Of a DNA stretch of 64,000 bases, positions 46,523 through 56,808 are shown piece by piece. The stretch lies in assembly GCA_014192425.1 (NCBI GenBank), contig BJHK01000010.1, forward strand, positions 82,089 through 146,088, read 5' to 3'. Under the pieces are notes generated by a model that saw nothing but the letters and a program-made list of their open reading frames with translations, did no database searches and was not told the origin of the DNA. How positions within the stretch are numbered: position 1 is the first letter of the stretch; each line of letters starts with the position of its first letter. The translations under genes were made by a program, and so were the position numbers. This DNA comes from Planctomycetia bacterium. Its GTDB lineage: Bacteria > Planctomycetota > Planctomycetia > Pirellulales > UBA1268.

Positions 46523-48994
46523 ATGCCCACCCAACCAGCCCCTCCGGCGTTCGAGGTCGCCCATGCCGCGGCGCCCGGACGTCCGCTCCGCCCCTCCCCC
46601 CTTGACCGCAAGCTGCTCCGCGACGCCATACGGCTCGGGCCGCAGCTCGGCGCCGTCGCCCTGGTGATGGCCTGCGGCGTGGCGGTGCTCGTCATGGCCT
46701 GGAGCATGCTCGACTCGCTGGCCCGCACGCAACGGGACTACTACGCGGAGGCCCGATTCGCCGACGTTTTTCTGCAGCTCGAACGGGCGCCCGACGTGGT
46801 CGGCCGCGGCCTGCGGACGATCCCCGGCGTGGCCGACGTCGAGACCCGCGTCGTCGCCGACGTCACGCTCGACCTCTCCCGGGACGCCGCCGGCCGGCAC
46901 CTCGAGACCGGCGCCGTGCCCGCGGTCGGCCGGCTGATCTCGCTCCCCGACCGGGCGACCGCCGCCGAGGGGGGCGGCCTCAACCGGCTCCACCTTCTGC
47001 GCGGCCGGCTCCCCGACCCCGCCCGGCGCGACGAGGCCGTGGTCGGTGCCGGGTTCGCCGCGGCCCATCGGCTCGCACCGGGGGACCGGGTGTACGCCGT
47101 GCTCAACGGCCGGCTGACGCGGCTCAATCTCGTCGGCGTGGCGACCAGCCCTGAGTACGTCTACACGATCGGCCCCGGGGGCCTGTTTCCCGACGACCGG
47201 TCGTTCGGCGTCTTCTGGATGGACCGGCGCGGCCTGGCGGCAGCCTTCGACATGGAGGACGCCTTCAACGACGTCCTCGTGACGCTCGCCGCGGACGCGT
47301 CGCCCCGCGACGTCTGCCGCGAGCTCGACCGTCGGCTCGACCGCTACGGTGGCCGCGGCGGCTACGGTCGTGAGTACCAGTCGTCGCACCGCTACCTGAC
47401 GAACGAGCTCCGGGAACTGCGGAACATGGGCCGCATCGCCCCGCTGGTGTTCCTGGCGGTGACGGCGATCCTCATGCACCTCGTCGTCTCCCGGCTCGTG
47501 GGCACGCAGCGCGAACAGATCGCCACGCTCACCGCCTTCGGCCATCCGCCCGGCAGCATCGGCCGGCACTACGCGAAACTTGCCCTGGTCGTGCTCGCCG
47601 TCGGGGGCATGCTCGGCGTGGCCCTCGGCTGGTGGCTCGGCGTCGAGCTGACGGCGATGTACGGCCGCTTCTTCCGCTTTCCGCTGCTCACCTTCCGCCT
47701 CGACGCGGCGGCGATCGGCTGGTCGCTGGCGGTGGCGGCGACGGCCGCCCTGGCGGGCGTGGCGCAGGGCGTGTCGCGGGCCGTGCGCATCCACCCGGCG
47801 GCGGCGATGCAGCCGGAGCCGCCGGCCCGCTACCGCCTCTCCGTCGTCGAGCGGCTCGGGCTCGCCCCGCTCCTCTCGCCAGCGGCACGGATGATGCTCC
47901 GCCACCTGGAGCGGCGGCCGCTCGTCACGGGACTGTCGGTCCTCGGCCTCGCGCTCGGCGCGGCCGTGATGGTGCTGGGGATGTTCGTGGGGGACGCGGT
48001 CAGCGATCTCGGCGACTTCCAGTTCACCGAGGTGCAGCGGTTCGACCGCACGGTGACCCTCGTCGAGCCGGCCGGGCCGGGCGCGATCGCCGCCTTCGCG
48101 CGACTCCCCGGGGTGTGGCGGGTGGAGCCGTTTCGCGCGGTGACCGCGACGCTTCGATTCGGCCCGCGCGAACGCCGCCAGGAGATCATGGCCCTCGCCG
48201 AGCAGGGGGAGCTCCTTCGGCTCGTCGATCGTCGCGGCACCGTCCACGACGTGCGCCGCGAGGGGCTCGTCGTGAGCACGAAGCTCGCCGACCTGCTCGG
48301 GGCCCGGCCCGGCGACGCCCTCGAGGTCGAGGTGCTCGAGGGCCGTCGACCCCGTGTCACGCTCCCGATCGTCGCCACGATCGACGACATGGTCGGCACG
48401 GCGGCCTACCTCCACATCGACGCGCTCCGCGGCCTGCTCGGCGAGTCGGGCACCGTGTCCGGGGCGTTTCTCGCCATCGACACCGCCTGCTCCGGCCTTC
48501 TCGACCGGGCGCTCGCCGACACTCCGCAGGTGTCCGGCGTCGTGGCCCGCGACGTGCAGTTGCGGACGTTTCGGGAGACGATCGCGGCGACCTTGCTGCG
48601 GATGCGGACGGTCAACGCCCTGTTCGCCGCGGTGATCGCCTGCGGCGTCGTCGCCACCACGGCCCGGCAGAGCGTCATCGAGCGGTCCCGCGACCTCGCC
48701 AGCCTGCGGGTCTTGGGCTACACCCGGCGCGAGGTGGCGGCGATTCTCCTCGGCGAGCAGGCGATCCTGACGCTTGCCGCCGTCCCGCCGGGACTGCTGC
48801 TCGGGGCGGGGTTCGTGGTCGTCACGACGTGGGGGTACGATACGGAACTGTTCCGCGTGCCGGCGCGGGTGCATCCGCGCACCTACGCCATCGCGGCCGG
48901 CACGTTGCTGCTGGCGGCGGCGGCGGCAGCCGTTCTCGTCAGGCGGCAGCTCGATCGGCTCGACCTCGTGGCGGTGTTGAAGGCGAGAGACTGA
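46523..48994 (+). CDS. ABC transporter permease with duplicated FtsX-like domains
   Basis: 823 aa, with two TM bundles separated by large periplasmic domains. Sits between the MacB-type ATPase and the HlyD adaptor. Confidence 0.8.
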   Translation: MPTQPAPPAFEVAHAAAPGRPLRPSPLDRKLLRDAIRLGPQLGAVALVMACGVAVLVMAWSMLDSLARTQRDYYAEARFADVFLQLERAPDVVGRGLRTIPGVADVETRVVADVTLDLSRDAAGRHLETGAVPAVGRLISLPDRATAAEGGGLNRLHLLRGRLPDPARRDEAVVGAGFAAAHRLAPGDRVYAVLNGRLTRLNLVGVATSPEYVYTIGPGGLFPDDRSFGVFWMDRRGLAAAFDMEDAFNDVLVTLAADASPRDVCRELDRRLDRYGGRGGYGREYQSSHRYLTNELRELRNMGRIAPLVFLAVTAILMHLVVSRLVGTQREQIATLTAFGHPPGSIGRHYAKLALVVLAVGGMLGVALGWWLGVELTAMYGRFFRFPLLTFRLDAAAIGWSLAVAATAALAGVAQGVSRAVRIHPAAAMQPEPPARYRLSVVERLGLAPLLSPAARMMLRHLERRPLVTGLSVLGLALGAAVMVLGMFVGDAVSDLGDFQFTEVQRFDRTVTLVEPAGPGAIAAFARLPGVWRVEPFRAVTATLRFGPRERRQEIMALAEQGELLRLVDRRGTVHDVRREGLVVSTKLADLLGARPGDALEVEVLEGRRPRVTLPIVATIDDMVGTAAYLHIDALRGLLGESGTVSGAFLAIDTACSGLLDRALADTPQVSGVVARDVQLRTFRETIAATLLRMRTVNALFAAVIACGVVATTARQSVIERSRDLASLRVLGYTRREVAAILLGEQAILTLAAVPPGLLLGAGFVVVTTWGYDTELFRVPARVHPRTYAIAAGTLLLAAAAAAVLVRRQLDRLDLVAVLKARD

Positions 48995-48995
48995 C

Positions 48996-50207
48996 ATGCA
49001 GGGCCGCTGGATCGCCTCCCGACTCCCCGCGGTCGCGGTGCTTTGCGGCATCGTGGCTGCGGTCTTCTGGGCGCTCCTCCCGGAGCGGGTGCCGGTCGAG
49101 GTCCGGCCGGTCTCGCGCGGGCCACTCGCCGTCCGCGTGTCCGACGACGGCGTGACGCGGATCAAGGAGCGGTACATCGTCTCCGCGCCGCTGGCCGGGC
49201 GGATGAGCCGCGTCGAGCTGCATGCCGGCGACCCGGTCGTGGCCGGCGAGACGACGATTACGGTGATCGAACCGACCGACCCCGCGCTCCTCGACCCGCG
49301 GGCCGAGGCGGAGGCGCTGGCCCGCGTCGCGGCGGCCCGCGCCGCCCGCCGGGCGGCCGAGCCGCTCCATGCCCAGGCTCTGGTGGCCGTCGAGTACACG
49401 GCGGCCGACCTGCAACGGGCCCGGGACCTGGCCCCGAGCCGGGCGCTGTCGCACGAGCAGCTCGACGCCGCCGAGCGGGCCTGGAAGACGGCCGTCGAGG
49501 CGGAGAAGGCGGCGGCGGAGCGGGTGCAGATCACGCAGTACGAGCTGCTGCTCGCCGAGGCGGCGCTGCTGCGGACCCGGCCGACCGACGGGTCCGGCCG
49601 GCCCGAGGACTGGCGGATGGAGATCCGCTCCCCGGTGGGCGGCAGGGTGCTGCGGCTGCTCAAGGAGAGCGCCGCCGTCGTGGAGCCGGGGACGCAGATC
49701 GTCGTCGTCGGGGAGCCGACCGACCTGGAGATCGTGATCGACCTCGTCTCCGAGGACGCCGTCAAGGTGCAGCCGGGCAACCGCTGCGAGATCACGGCCT
49801 GGGGGGGCGAGCGGCCGCTCGCCGGCCGCGTGCGGCTGGTGGAGCCGCGCGGGTTCACCAAGGTGTCGCCGCTCGGCGTCGAGGAGCAGCGGGTGAACGT
49901 GATCGTCGATTTCGAGAGCGCCGCCGCCGACCGGCCGACCCTCGGCGACGACTTCCGCGTCGAGGCGGCGATCACGGTGGACGAGCTGGACGACGCCGTC
50001 CGCGTGCCGCTGGCCGCCCTGTTCCGCCACGGCCGGGGCGAGGCGGTGTTCGTCGTCGTGGCCGACAGGGCCCGATTGGTGCCGGTACGGACCGGGCGGC
50101 GCGGCGATCGCGACGCCGAGGTGCTCGAGGGGCTCGCCGGCGGCGAGGCGGTGATCGCCTACCCGAGCGACCGGGTGGCCGACGGCGTGGCCGTGATCGG
50201 CCGCTGA
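48996..50207 (+). CDS. HlyD/membrane-fusion-family periplasmic adaptor
   Basis: N-terminal anchor, lipoyl-like SAPLAGRMSRVELHAGDPV, long Ala/Glu-rich coiled-coil hairpin, beta-barrel IRSPVGGRVL. Confidence 0.85.
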   Translation: MQGRWIASRLPAVAVLCGIVAAVFWALLPERVPVEVRPVSRGPLAVRVSDDGVTRIKERYIVSAPLAGRMSRVELHAGDPVVAGETTITVIEPTDPALLDPRAEAEALARVAAARAARRAAEPLHAQALVAVEYTAADLQRARDLAPSRALSHEQLDAAERAWKTAVEAEKAAAERVQITQYELLLAEAALLRTRPTDGSGRPEDWRMEIRSPVGGRVLRLLKESAAVVEPGTQIVVVGEPTDLEIVIDLVSEDAVKVQPGNRCEITAWGGERPLAGRVRLVEPRGFTKVSPLGVEEQRVNVIVDFESAAADRPTLGDDFRVEAAITVDELDDAVRVPLAALFRHGRGEAVFVVVADRARLVPVRTGRRGDRDAEVLEGLAGGEAVIAYPSDRVADGVAVIGR

Positions 50208-50311
50208 CCGCGCCGGCCACGCGCCGCCTCCCGCGCGGTTGAACAAACCGGGCCGTTTCGCGTAAACAACATCCTTCCGGCACCGTTTTTTCCTCCAGCC
50301 CCAGGACCGCG

Positions 50312-51772
50312 ATGCTCCCGTTCCAGAACCGCATCCTGTTCGTCGGCTTCGGCGCCGTCGCCCGCTGCACGCTCCCCATCCTCCTCGACCACGTCCGCGT
50401 GCCGCCGGACAAGATTACGATTCTCGAGTTCCAGCCCGACGAGCAGGCGCTGCGGCCGTGGATCGAGCGGGGCGTGAACTTCGTCCGCGGCAAGGTCGAG
50501 CCGGGCAACCTGGCGGAGATCCTCGGCCGGCACGTCGCCGCCGGCGACATCCTCATCGACCTCGCCTGGAACATCGACTGCTGCGAGATCGTGCAGTGGT
50601 GCCACGACCACGGCGTCCGCTACCTCAACACGTCAGTCGAGCTTTGGGACCCCTACGAGCACGCCAAGGGGGCGCACCCGACTCACCTCACGCTCTACTG
50701 GCGGCACATGAAGCTGCGCCAGATGATCGCTGGCTGGAAGGAGCCCGGCCCCACGGCCGTGCTCGAGCACGGCGCGAACCCCGGCCTGATCAGCCACTTC
50801 ACCAAGCACGCGCTCCTCGACATCGCCCGCGTCTGCCTGGAGGAGCGGGCCTTCGCCGGCGCGCAGGCCGAGCGGATCGCCCAGCACGCCAAGTCGCAGG
50901 CCTTCAACCACCTGGCCCACGAGCTGGGCGTGAAGGTGATCCATTGCAGCGAGCGGGACACGCAGATCTCCGACCGCCCCAAGGAGGTGGACGAGTTCGT
51001 CAACACCTGGAGCGTGGAGGGCTTCCGCGAGGAGGGGACGACGACCGCCGAGATGGGCTGGGGCACGCACGAGAAGGAACTGCCCCCGTTCGCCTACGAG
51101 CATGCCGACGGTCCGCGGAGCCAGATCTGCCTGGCGCGGATGGGGATCAACACGCAGGTCGCCAGCTGGGTGCCGAACCATACGATCGTGGGGATGGTGG
51201 TCCGGCACGGCGAGGCGTTCAGCATCACGGAAAAACTCTCCGTCCGCGACGGCAACGGCCGGACGATCTACCGGCCCACGGTCCACTACGCCTACTGCCC
51301 CTGCGACGCGGCCATCGCCAGCCTCTGGGAGCTGCGCGGCAACGACTACCGGCTCCAGCCCCGGGTGCGGATCATGACCGACGAGATCACCAGCGGTGCC
51401 GACATCCTCGGGGCCCTCGTCATGGGGCACCCGCTGACGTCGTGGTGGTGCGGCACCGACCTGTCGATCGAGGAGTCGCGGCGGCTGGTGCCCCACCAGA
51501 ACGCGACGACGATGCAGGTGGCGATCTCGGTGGTGGCGGCGACGATGTGGCTGATCGAGAACCCGGCCCGGGGCGTCGTCCTCCCCGACGACCTGCCGCA
51601 CGAGTACGTCCTCGACATCGCCCGCCCGTACCTCGGCAAGTTCATCTCTGAGCGGAGCGACTGGACGCCGCTCAAGAACTACTCCAACGCCTTCCACGGC
51701 TACAACCGGCCCGCCGTCGATCCGGCCGATCCGTGGCAGTTCAAGAACTTCCTCCTCACCGACGGCGACTGA
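50312..51772 (+). CDS. hss: Homospermidine synthase (bacterial type)
   Basis: 486 aa. Rossmann start ILFVGFGAVARCTLPILL, and overall similarity by eye to bacterial HSS (saccharopine-dehydrogenase-like). Confidence 0.8.
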   Translation: MLPFQNRILFVGFGAVARCTLPILLDHVRVPPDKITILEFQPDEQALRPWIERGVNFVRGKVEPGNLAEILGRHVAAGDILIDLAWNIDCCEIVQWCHDHGVRYLNTSVELWDPYEHAKGAHPTHLTLYWRHMKLRQMIAGWKEPGPTAVLEHGANPGLISHFTKHALLDIARVCLEERAFAGAQAERIAQHAKSQAFNHLAHELGVKVIHCSERDTQISDRPKEVDEFVNTWSVEGFREEGTTTAEMGWGTHEKELPPFAYEHADGPRSQICLARMGINTQVASWVPNHTIVGMVVRHGEAFSITEKLSVRDGNGRTIYRPTVHYAYCPCDAAIASLWELRGNDYRLQPRVRIMTDEITSGADILGALVMGHPLTSWWCGTDLSIEESRRLVPHQNATTMQVAISVVAATMWLIENPARGVVLPDDLPHEYVLDIARPYLGKFISERSDWTPLKNYSNAFHGYNRPAVDPADPWQFKNFLLTDGD

Positions 51773-51830
51773 CCGCGGCGGTCCCGCCGTGCCTTCCGCA
51801 ACCGCCCGCCCAGCCAACAACCGACAGGCC

Positions 51831-52964
51831 ATGCACCAGAAGACGCTCCTCGACCTCGCCCGCAAGCACGGCACGCCGCTGTTCGTCGTCGACCACGCCG
51901 AACTGCGCCGCAACTACGCCCTCTTCCGCCGGCATTTTCCCCGCGTCCAGGTCTACTACGCGGTCAAGGTCAACGCCGACCCGGCGATCGTGCAGACCTT
52001 CTACGAGCTCGGCGGCAGCTTCGACGTGGCGAGCATCCAGGAGTTTCGCACCGTCCACGCCAACATCGCCGATCTGCCCGCCAAGGAACGGCAGGACTTC
52101 ATCTGGGACAAGATCATCTACGCCAACCCGATCAAGCCGATCGAGACGCTCCGCGAGCTCGACCGCTACAAGCCGTTGGTGACCTTCGACAACGAGGAGG
52201 AGGTGCGGAAGATCGCGGCCCACGCGCCGCACGCCGGCCTCTGCCTCCGGCTGCGCGTCCCCAACACCGGATCGATGGTGGAATTGTCGAGCAAGTTCGG
52301 CGCCCTTCCCGGCGAGGCGGTGGACCTGATCCGCTGCGCCCACGACCACGACCTGGTCGTCGAGGGACTGTCGTTTCACGTCGGCAGCCAGTGCACGAAC
52401 CCCGAGAACTACATCCAGGCGCTGCATCTCTGCGCCGGCATCTTTGCCGAGGCCAAGACGGGGGGCTTCGACCTCCGGCTCCTCGACATCGGCGGCGGCT
52501 TCCCGGCCGCCTACGACGCCTCGGTGCCGAAGCTCTCCGCCCTGGCCCGGAAGATCAACCACGAGATCGACCGGCTGTTTCCCGAGCCGATCGAGATCCT
52601 CGCCGAGCCGGGCCGGTTCCTCGTCGCCTCCGCCGGCTCGGCCGTCAGCAAGATCATCGGCAAGGCGTTCCGCAACGACAAGACCTGCTACTACGTCGAC
52701 GACGGCGTCTATCACACCTACTCGGGGGTGATCTTCGACCACTGCACGTACCACATGAAGAGCTTCAAGCGGGGCAAGACCAGGCTGTGCGCCGTCTTTG
52801 GCCCGACCTGCGACGCCCTCGACACGATCAGCCTCTCGGAGCAGCTGCCTGACCTGGAGATCGGCGATTATCTCTACAGCGAGAACATCGGCGCCTACTC
52901 CGCGGCGAGCAGCACGCACTTCAACGGCTTCCCGCCGGCGACGGTCGTCCACGTCAACCGCTGA
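51831..52964 (+). CDS. Ornithine decarboxylase-like PLP enzyme (alanine-racemase fold, group IV)
   Basis: ATG 51831. GTPLFVVD, PLP-lysine context YYAVKVNAD, DIGGGFP, CDALD. Ornithine versus lysine/arginine specificity is not resolvable by eye. Confidence 0.85.
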   Translation: MHQKTLLDLARKHGTPLFVVDHAELRRNYALFRRHFPRVQVYYAVKVNADPAIVQTFYELGGSFDVASIQEFRTVHANIADLPAKERQDFIWDKIIYANPIKPIETLRELDRYKPLVTFDNEEEVRKIAAHAPHAGLCLRLRVPNTGSMVELSSKFGALPGEAVDLIRCAHDHDLVVEGLSFHVGSQCTNPENYIQALHLCAGIFAEAKTGGFDLRLLDIGGGFPAAYDASVPKLSALARKINHEIDRLFPEPIEILAEPGRFLVASAGSAVSKIIGKAFRNDKTCYYVDDGVYHTYSGVIFDHCTYHMKSFKRGKTRLCAVFGPTCDALDTISLSEQLPDLEIGDYLYSENIGAYSAASSTHFNGFPPATVVHVNR

Positions 52965-54147
52965 AGGACGCGTGCCCGCCGGCGGCCGGAGCCGCGAGCA
53001 GGTCGCGGGTGGCCCGCAGTTCGTCGGCGATCCCGGTGACGATCGGCGTGGCGGCCCCGCCGGCCATGACGGGCCAGGTGTAGGTCTCGATCTCCAGATG
53101 GGGCGGCTCGGCGAGCCCGCCGATCGCATCGATCGCGGCCCGCAGATCGGCGCGGGTCGTGCCGAGCGGTCCAAGTTGCTCGGCATCGACGGGGACATGG
53201 TAGTGGATCCGCCACGGCCGGGCGGCCAGCCATGCCGCGGGCGGATCCGCCACGAGCGCGGCGGTCAGGTCGACCGCCCGGAGGATCGAGCCGTCGGCGG
53301 CGCGAGCCATCGTCTGGTGGAGATAGCGGGGCTCGACGTAGGCGGCGAGGGCCGCGCGCTGGGCCGGGTCACGCGGGTCGGCGACCTCGATGGCGCAGCT
53401 GATCTGGACCTTGTTGATCCTGACGCCGGCGGCCGTGAGCGTGGCCAGCGCCGTTGCCGGATCCTCGAACTCCACCGCCTGGTGGCAGACGTCGTAGCAC
53501 AGGCCGACGTGCCGGCGGACAAACTCCTCGCTGCCTGCCGCGGACGCGGCGACGAACAGCCGGCCGAAGAAGGCCACCGTCTCGGCGGTCGTCTCCAGCA
53601 GGCAGAACGGCTCCGGCTCGATCGCCAGCCGGATCAGGCGGCCGGTCTCGGCGTGGATCGTGGCCAGCCCGCGGGCACAGTCGAGCAGCGTGGCGATTGC
53701 CTCGGGCTCGAACGTGGGCCGCGTCGCGGCGGCCTTGAAGCCGAGCGGCAGCGTCGAGATGCTCCCCTCGGCCCCGGCGGGGAGGATCGCGGCGAGCAGC
53801 CGGCCGCAGGCGAGCGTGTAGTCGAGCCGCCGGGGGTCGGTCCAGTCGGGCAGATAGACGCTTTCCTTCACCCGCGTGCCGTGGAAGTCGCCGTAGGGAA
53901 AGGCATTGAGCGTGTGGCAGGTGAGGCCGCGGTCCGAGAGCGCGGCCGCGAGGTCGGCGACCGCGGCGGGAGAGGCGACGGCCTCGGCGGCGGCCGCGGC
54001 CGGCAGCCAGAGCCCGGCCGCGATCGCGAAGCCGCAGCGGTCGCGGATCGGCACGGCGAACCGGTCGAGCAGCGGCGCGACGTCGGCCAGCGTCCGGCAG
54101 GGATGGACGTTGGTGCAATAGCCCAGCGGCAGATGGGAAAAGGCCAT
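52954..54147 (-). CDS. Xylose-isomerase-like TIM-barrel protein, EboE-like
   Basis: N-terminus LGYCTNVHP and FPYGDFHGTRVKESVYLPDWT match my recollection of the EboE family. Its 3' end overlaps the decarboxylase 3' end by 11 nt (convergent). Confidence 0.65.
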   Translation of the reverse strand: MAFSHLPLGYCTNVHPCRTLADVAPLLDRFAVPIRDRCGFAIAAGLWLPAAAAAEAVASPAAVADLAAALSDRGLTCHTLNAFPYGDFHGTRVKESVYLPDWTDPRRLDYTLACGRLLAAILPAGAEGSISTLPLGFKAAATRPTFEPEAIATLLDCARGLATIHAETGRLIRLAIEPEPFCLLETTAETVAFFGRLFVAASAAGSEEFVRRHVGLCYDVCHQAVEFEDPATALATLTAAGVRINKVQISCAIEVADPRDPAQRAALAAYVEPRYLHQTMARAADGSILRAVDLTAALVADPPAAWLAARPWRIHYHVPVDAEQLGPLGTTRADLRAAIDAIGGLAEPPHLEIETYTWPVMAGGAATPIVTGIADELRATRDLLAAPAAGGHASFSG

Positions 54148-54307
54148 CGATCGATTTCGTCTCGCTGCCGGTCCCGCCGGTGGACCGGCTCCACGCGGGT
54201 CGCCAGCACCCTACTCCACCGTCGTGTACGCCGCCACCCGGGAGCGGGTAGGATGACGGAAACAAGACCGGCAATGCCACGGTCCGTCAGCCCGGGAGAT
54301 CCCCTGC

Positions 54308-54658
54308 ATGCAGGTCGAGCGCGTGAAGTACGTGATCTGGGCCGCCGACATGGACCGGGCCGTGCGGTTTTGGAGCGACACGTTCGCGGGGCGGCTCCTC
54401 AAGCGCAACCCGGTGATCGCCGAGGTCGAGATCGAGGGGGCCGTGATCGGCATCCATTCCGGCGGCGAGGGGAAGCGGACCTGGACCGGCCTCAGCCTCC
54501 AGGTGGCCGACGTCGTCGCCGGCGGCCGGGAGGTGGTCGCGGCCGGGGGCGGGATGCCGCGCGAGCCCGAAGCGGAGAATGGGGAGCCGCCGCACCTGGC
54601 GATGTGCATCGACCCGGAAGGGAATGAGTTCATGCTCACGCGCCGGCGCGGGGGCTGA
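54308..54658 (+). CDS. VOC/glyoxalase-family protein
   Basis: 116 aa. [21 protein letters not shown]...DPEGNEFML pattern. Confidence 0.7.
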   Translation: MQVERVKYVIWAADMDRAVRFWSDTFAGRLLKRNPVIAEVEIEGAVIGIHSGGEGKRTWTGLSLQVADVVAGGREVVAAGGGMPREPEAENGEPPHLAMCIDPEGNEFMLTRRRGG

Positions 54659-54702
54659 CCGCCAGGGCAGGGGTTCGCGCGGCACGGCAGTTCCTGCGAA
54701 GA

Positions 54703-56691
54703 GTGGCCTCCATGTCGAGCGCGACCATGCATTCCCAGCCAGCCCGTGTCGAGGAGCCGGTCGCCCGCCAGTGGCCGGTCAACGAGTGGATCGCGGTCGG
54801 GGCCGTGGCCGGGCTCGCCGCCTGGGCCGTGCTCTGGTTCGGAACCGCCTGGGGTCGGCTCCCCGTGCCCTCGGTCGCGTTCGACGCCGCGTTGCCGTTT
54901 CGCCCACCGATGTGGGCCGATCTGCCCCTCGTCGCCGTGCTCGTGGCCGGCGGCCTGCCGCTGGTCGCCGACCTGGCCATGAAACTCGTCACCGGCCGCT
55001 TCGGCTCCGACCTCCTCGCCGGGCTGTCGATCGTCACGAGTGTGATCCTCGGCGAGTACCTCGCCGGCGCACTCGTCGTCCTCATGCTCTCCGGCGGCGC
55101 GGCGCTCGAGGCCCGGGCCGTGAGCCGGGCGGGGGATGTGCTCCGGGCCCTTGCCCGGCGCATGCCGACCCTCGCCCACCGGAAGACGCCCGCCGGCCTC
55201 AGCGACGTGCGGCTCGTCGAGGTCGCGATCGGCGACGAGATCGTCGTCCTGCCGCACGAGATCTGCCCGGTGGACGGCACGGTGATCGCGGGTCGCGGTT
55301 CGATGGACGAGAGCTACCTCACCGGTGAGCCCTACCGGATGGCGAAGGCGCCCGGATCGACCGTCCTGTCCGGCGCCATCAACGGCGAGGCGGCCCTCGA
55401 GATCCGCACCGACGCGGTCGCCGGCGACAGCCGCTACGCGAAGATCATGGGGGTGCTCGCGGCGAGCAGCGAGCGCCGGCCGCGGCTGCGCCGGCTGGCC
55501 GACACGCTCGGGGCGTTCTACACGCCACTGGCTGTGGCGGTGGCGGCCGCGGCCTGGTTCGCCAGCGGCGACGCCACCCGGTTTCTCGCCGTGCTCGTCG
55601 TCGCCACACCCTGCCCGCTGTTGATCGCGATCCCGGTGGCGATCATCGGCGCCGTCTCACTGGCGGCGAAACGCGGGATCGTGATCCGCGACCCGGCGAT
55701 CCTCGAGCGGCTCGACTCCTGCCGGACCGCGATCTTCGACAAGACCGGGACGCTCACGTACGGCAGCCCGCGGCTCACCGAGGTCGTGCTGCTCGGCCGG
55801 CTGGCGGAGGCCGACGTGCTGGCGATTGCCGCCAGCCTGGAGGGTTACTCGAAGCATCCGCTGGCAGCGGCGGTCGTCGCGGCCGCGGCCGAGCGGTCGC
55901 TGCGGCTGTGCGAGGTCGAGGCCCTCGCCGAGAAGCCGGGGCAGGGGCTGACCGGCGTGGTCCACCGGCTCAACGGCACGCATGGCCCGCACGCGGTGGC
56001 GATCACGAGCCGGCAGAAGCTCGCCGCCACGGGGCCGGACGCGGCCGCGCGCCTGCCGCCGATGGCGGGCGGACTGGAGTGTGTCGTGGTCGTCGATGGG
56101 GAGCCGGCGGCGCTGCTCCGCTTCCGTGACGCACCGCGGGCCGATGGCCGGTCATTCGTCGACCACCTGCGGCCCGCTCACCAGCTGTCGCGCGTGATGC
56201 TCGTCTCCGGTGATCGCGAGGCCGAGGTCCGCTGGCTGGCCGATCTCGTCGGCATTCGCGAGGTCCACGCCGGCATCCAGCCCGAGGGGAAGCTGGCGAT
56301 CGTCGAGGCCGCGACCGCCGAGGCGCCGACCGTGTTCGTCGGCGACGGCATCAACGACGCACCGGCCCTGGCCGCGGCTACCGTCGGCATCGCGATGGGG
56401 GCGGCGAGCGACGTGACGAGCGAGGCTGCCGGGGCGGTGGTGATGGATTCGGCGCTGGAGCGGGTGGACGAGCTGTTTCACATCGGCAGTCGGCTGCGGT
56501 CGATCGCCCTGCAGAGCGCCGTCGGCGGCATGATCGCGAGCCTCGCCGGGATGGGCCTGGCAGCCGCCGGGTACCTGCCGCCGGCGGCTGGAGCCCTCCT
56601 CCAGGAGGCGATCGACGTGATCGCCGTGGTCAATGCGCTGCGGGTTTCGTGGCGGCCCGGGACACTCTCCGACTACGGCGGCGGCGGCTGA
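54703..56691 (+). CDS. P1B-type heavy-metal P-type ATPase lacking N-terminal metal-binding domain
   Basis: LTGEP, TM motif [22 protein letters not shown]. No CxxC/HMA domain in the N-terminal ~90 aa. Confidence 0.88.
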   Translation: MASMSSATMHSQPARVEEPVARQWPVNEWIAVGAVAGLAAWAVLWFGTAWGRLPVPSVAFDAALPFRPPMWADLPLVAVLVAGGLPLVADLAMKLVTGRFGSDLLAGLSIVTSVILGEYLAGALVVLMLSGGAALEARAVSRAGDVLRALARRMPTLAHRKTPAGLSDVRLVEVAIGDEIVVLPHEICPVDGTVIAGRGSMDESYLTGEPYRMAKAPGSTVLSGAINGEAALEIRTDAVAGDSRYAKIMGVLAASSERRPRLRRLADTLGAFYTPLAVAVAAAAWFASGDATRFLAVLVVATPCPLLIAIPVAIIGAVSLAAKRGIVIRDPAILERLDSCRTAIFDKTGTLTYGSPRLTEVVLLGRLAEADVLAIAASLEGYSKHPLAAAVVAAAAERSLRLCEVEALAEKPGQGLTGVVHRLNGTHGPHAVAITSRQKLAATGPDAAARLPPMAGGLECVVVVDGEPAALLRFRDAPRADGRSFVDHLRPAHQLSRVMLVSGDREAEVRWLADLVGIREVHAGIQPEGKLAIVEAATAEAPTVFVGDGINDAPALAAATVGIAMGAASDVTSEAAGAVVMDSALERVDELFHIGSRLRSIALQSAVGGMIASLAGMGLAAAGYLPPAAGALLQEAIDVIAVVNALRVSWRPGTLSDYGGGG

Positions 56692-56808
56692 CCGGCGTGC
56701 CGGGGCGGGGCGAAGCCCGCTGGTTGAAGCCCGGCGGGCCGTCGGGTCGAATGGCGGCCCGGCCGGCGCGCGGCGCTGCCCGTCTCTGCACTCCCGGAGC
56801 ATCCCACC

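Noticed and set aside
45314-49975. 1553-aa ORF on the minus strand
   Set aside because: Only its last 125 codons (crcB, 45314-45691) look like a protein. The rest is Arg/Pro/Gly-rich and antisense to the well-supported ABC ATPase, permease and HlyD genes, a typical high-GC shadow ORF.
52798-54627. 609-aa plus-strand ORF
   Set aside because: It is antisense to the EboE-like gene, which has clear conserved motifs. Its translation is Arg/Gly/Asp-rich.
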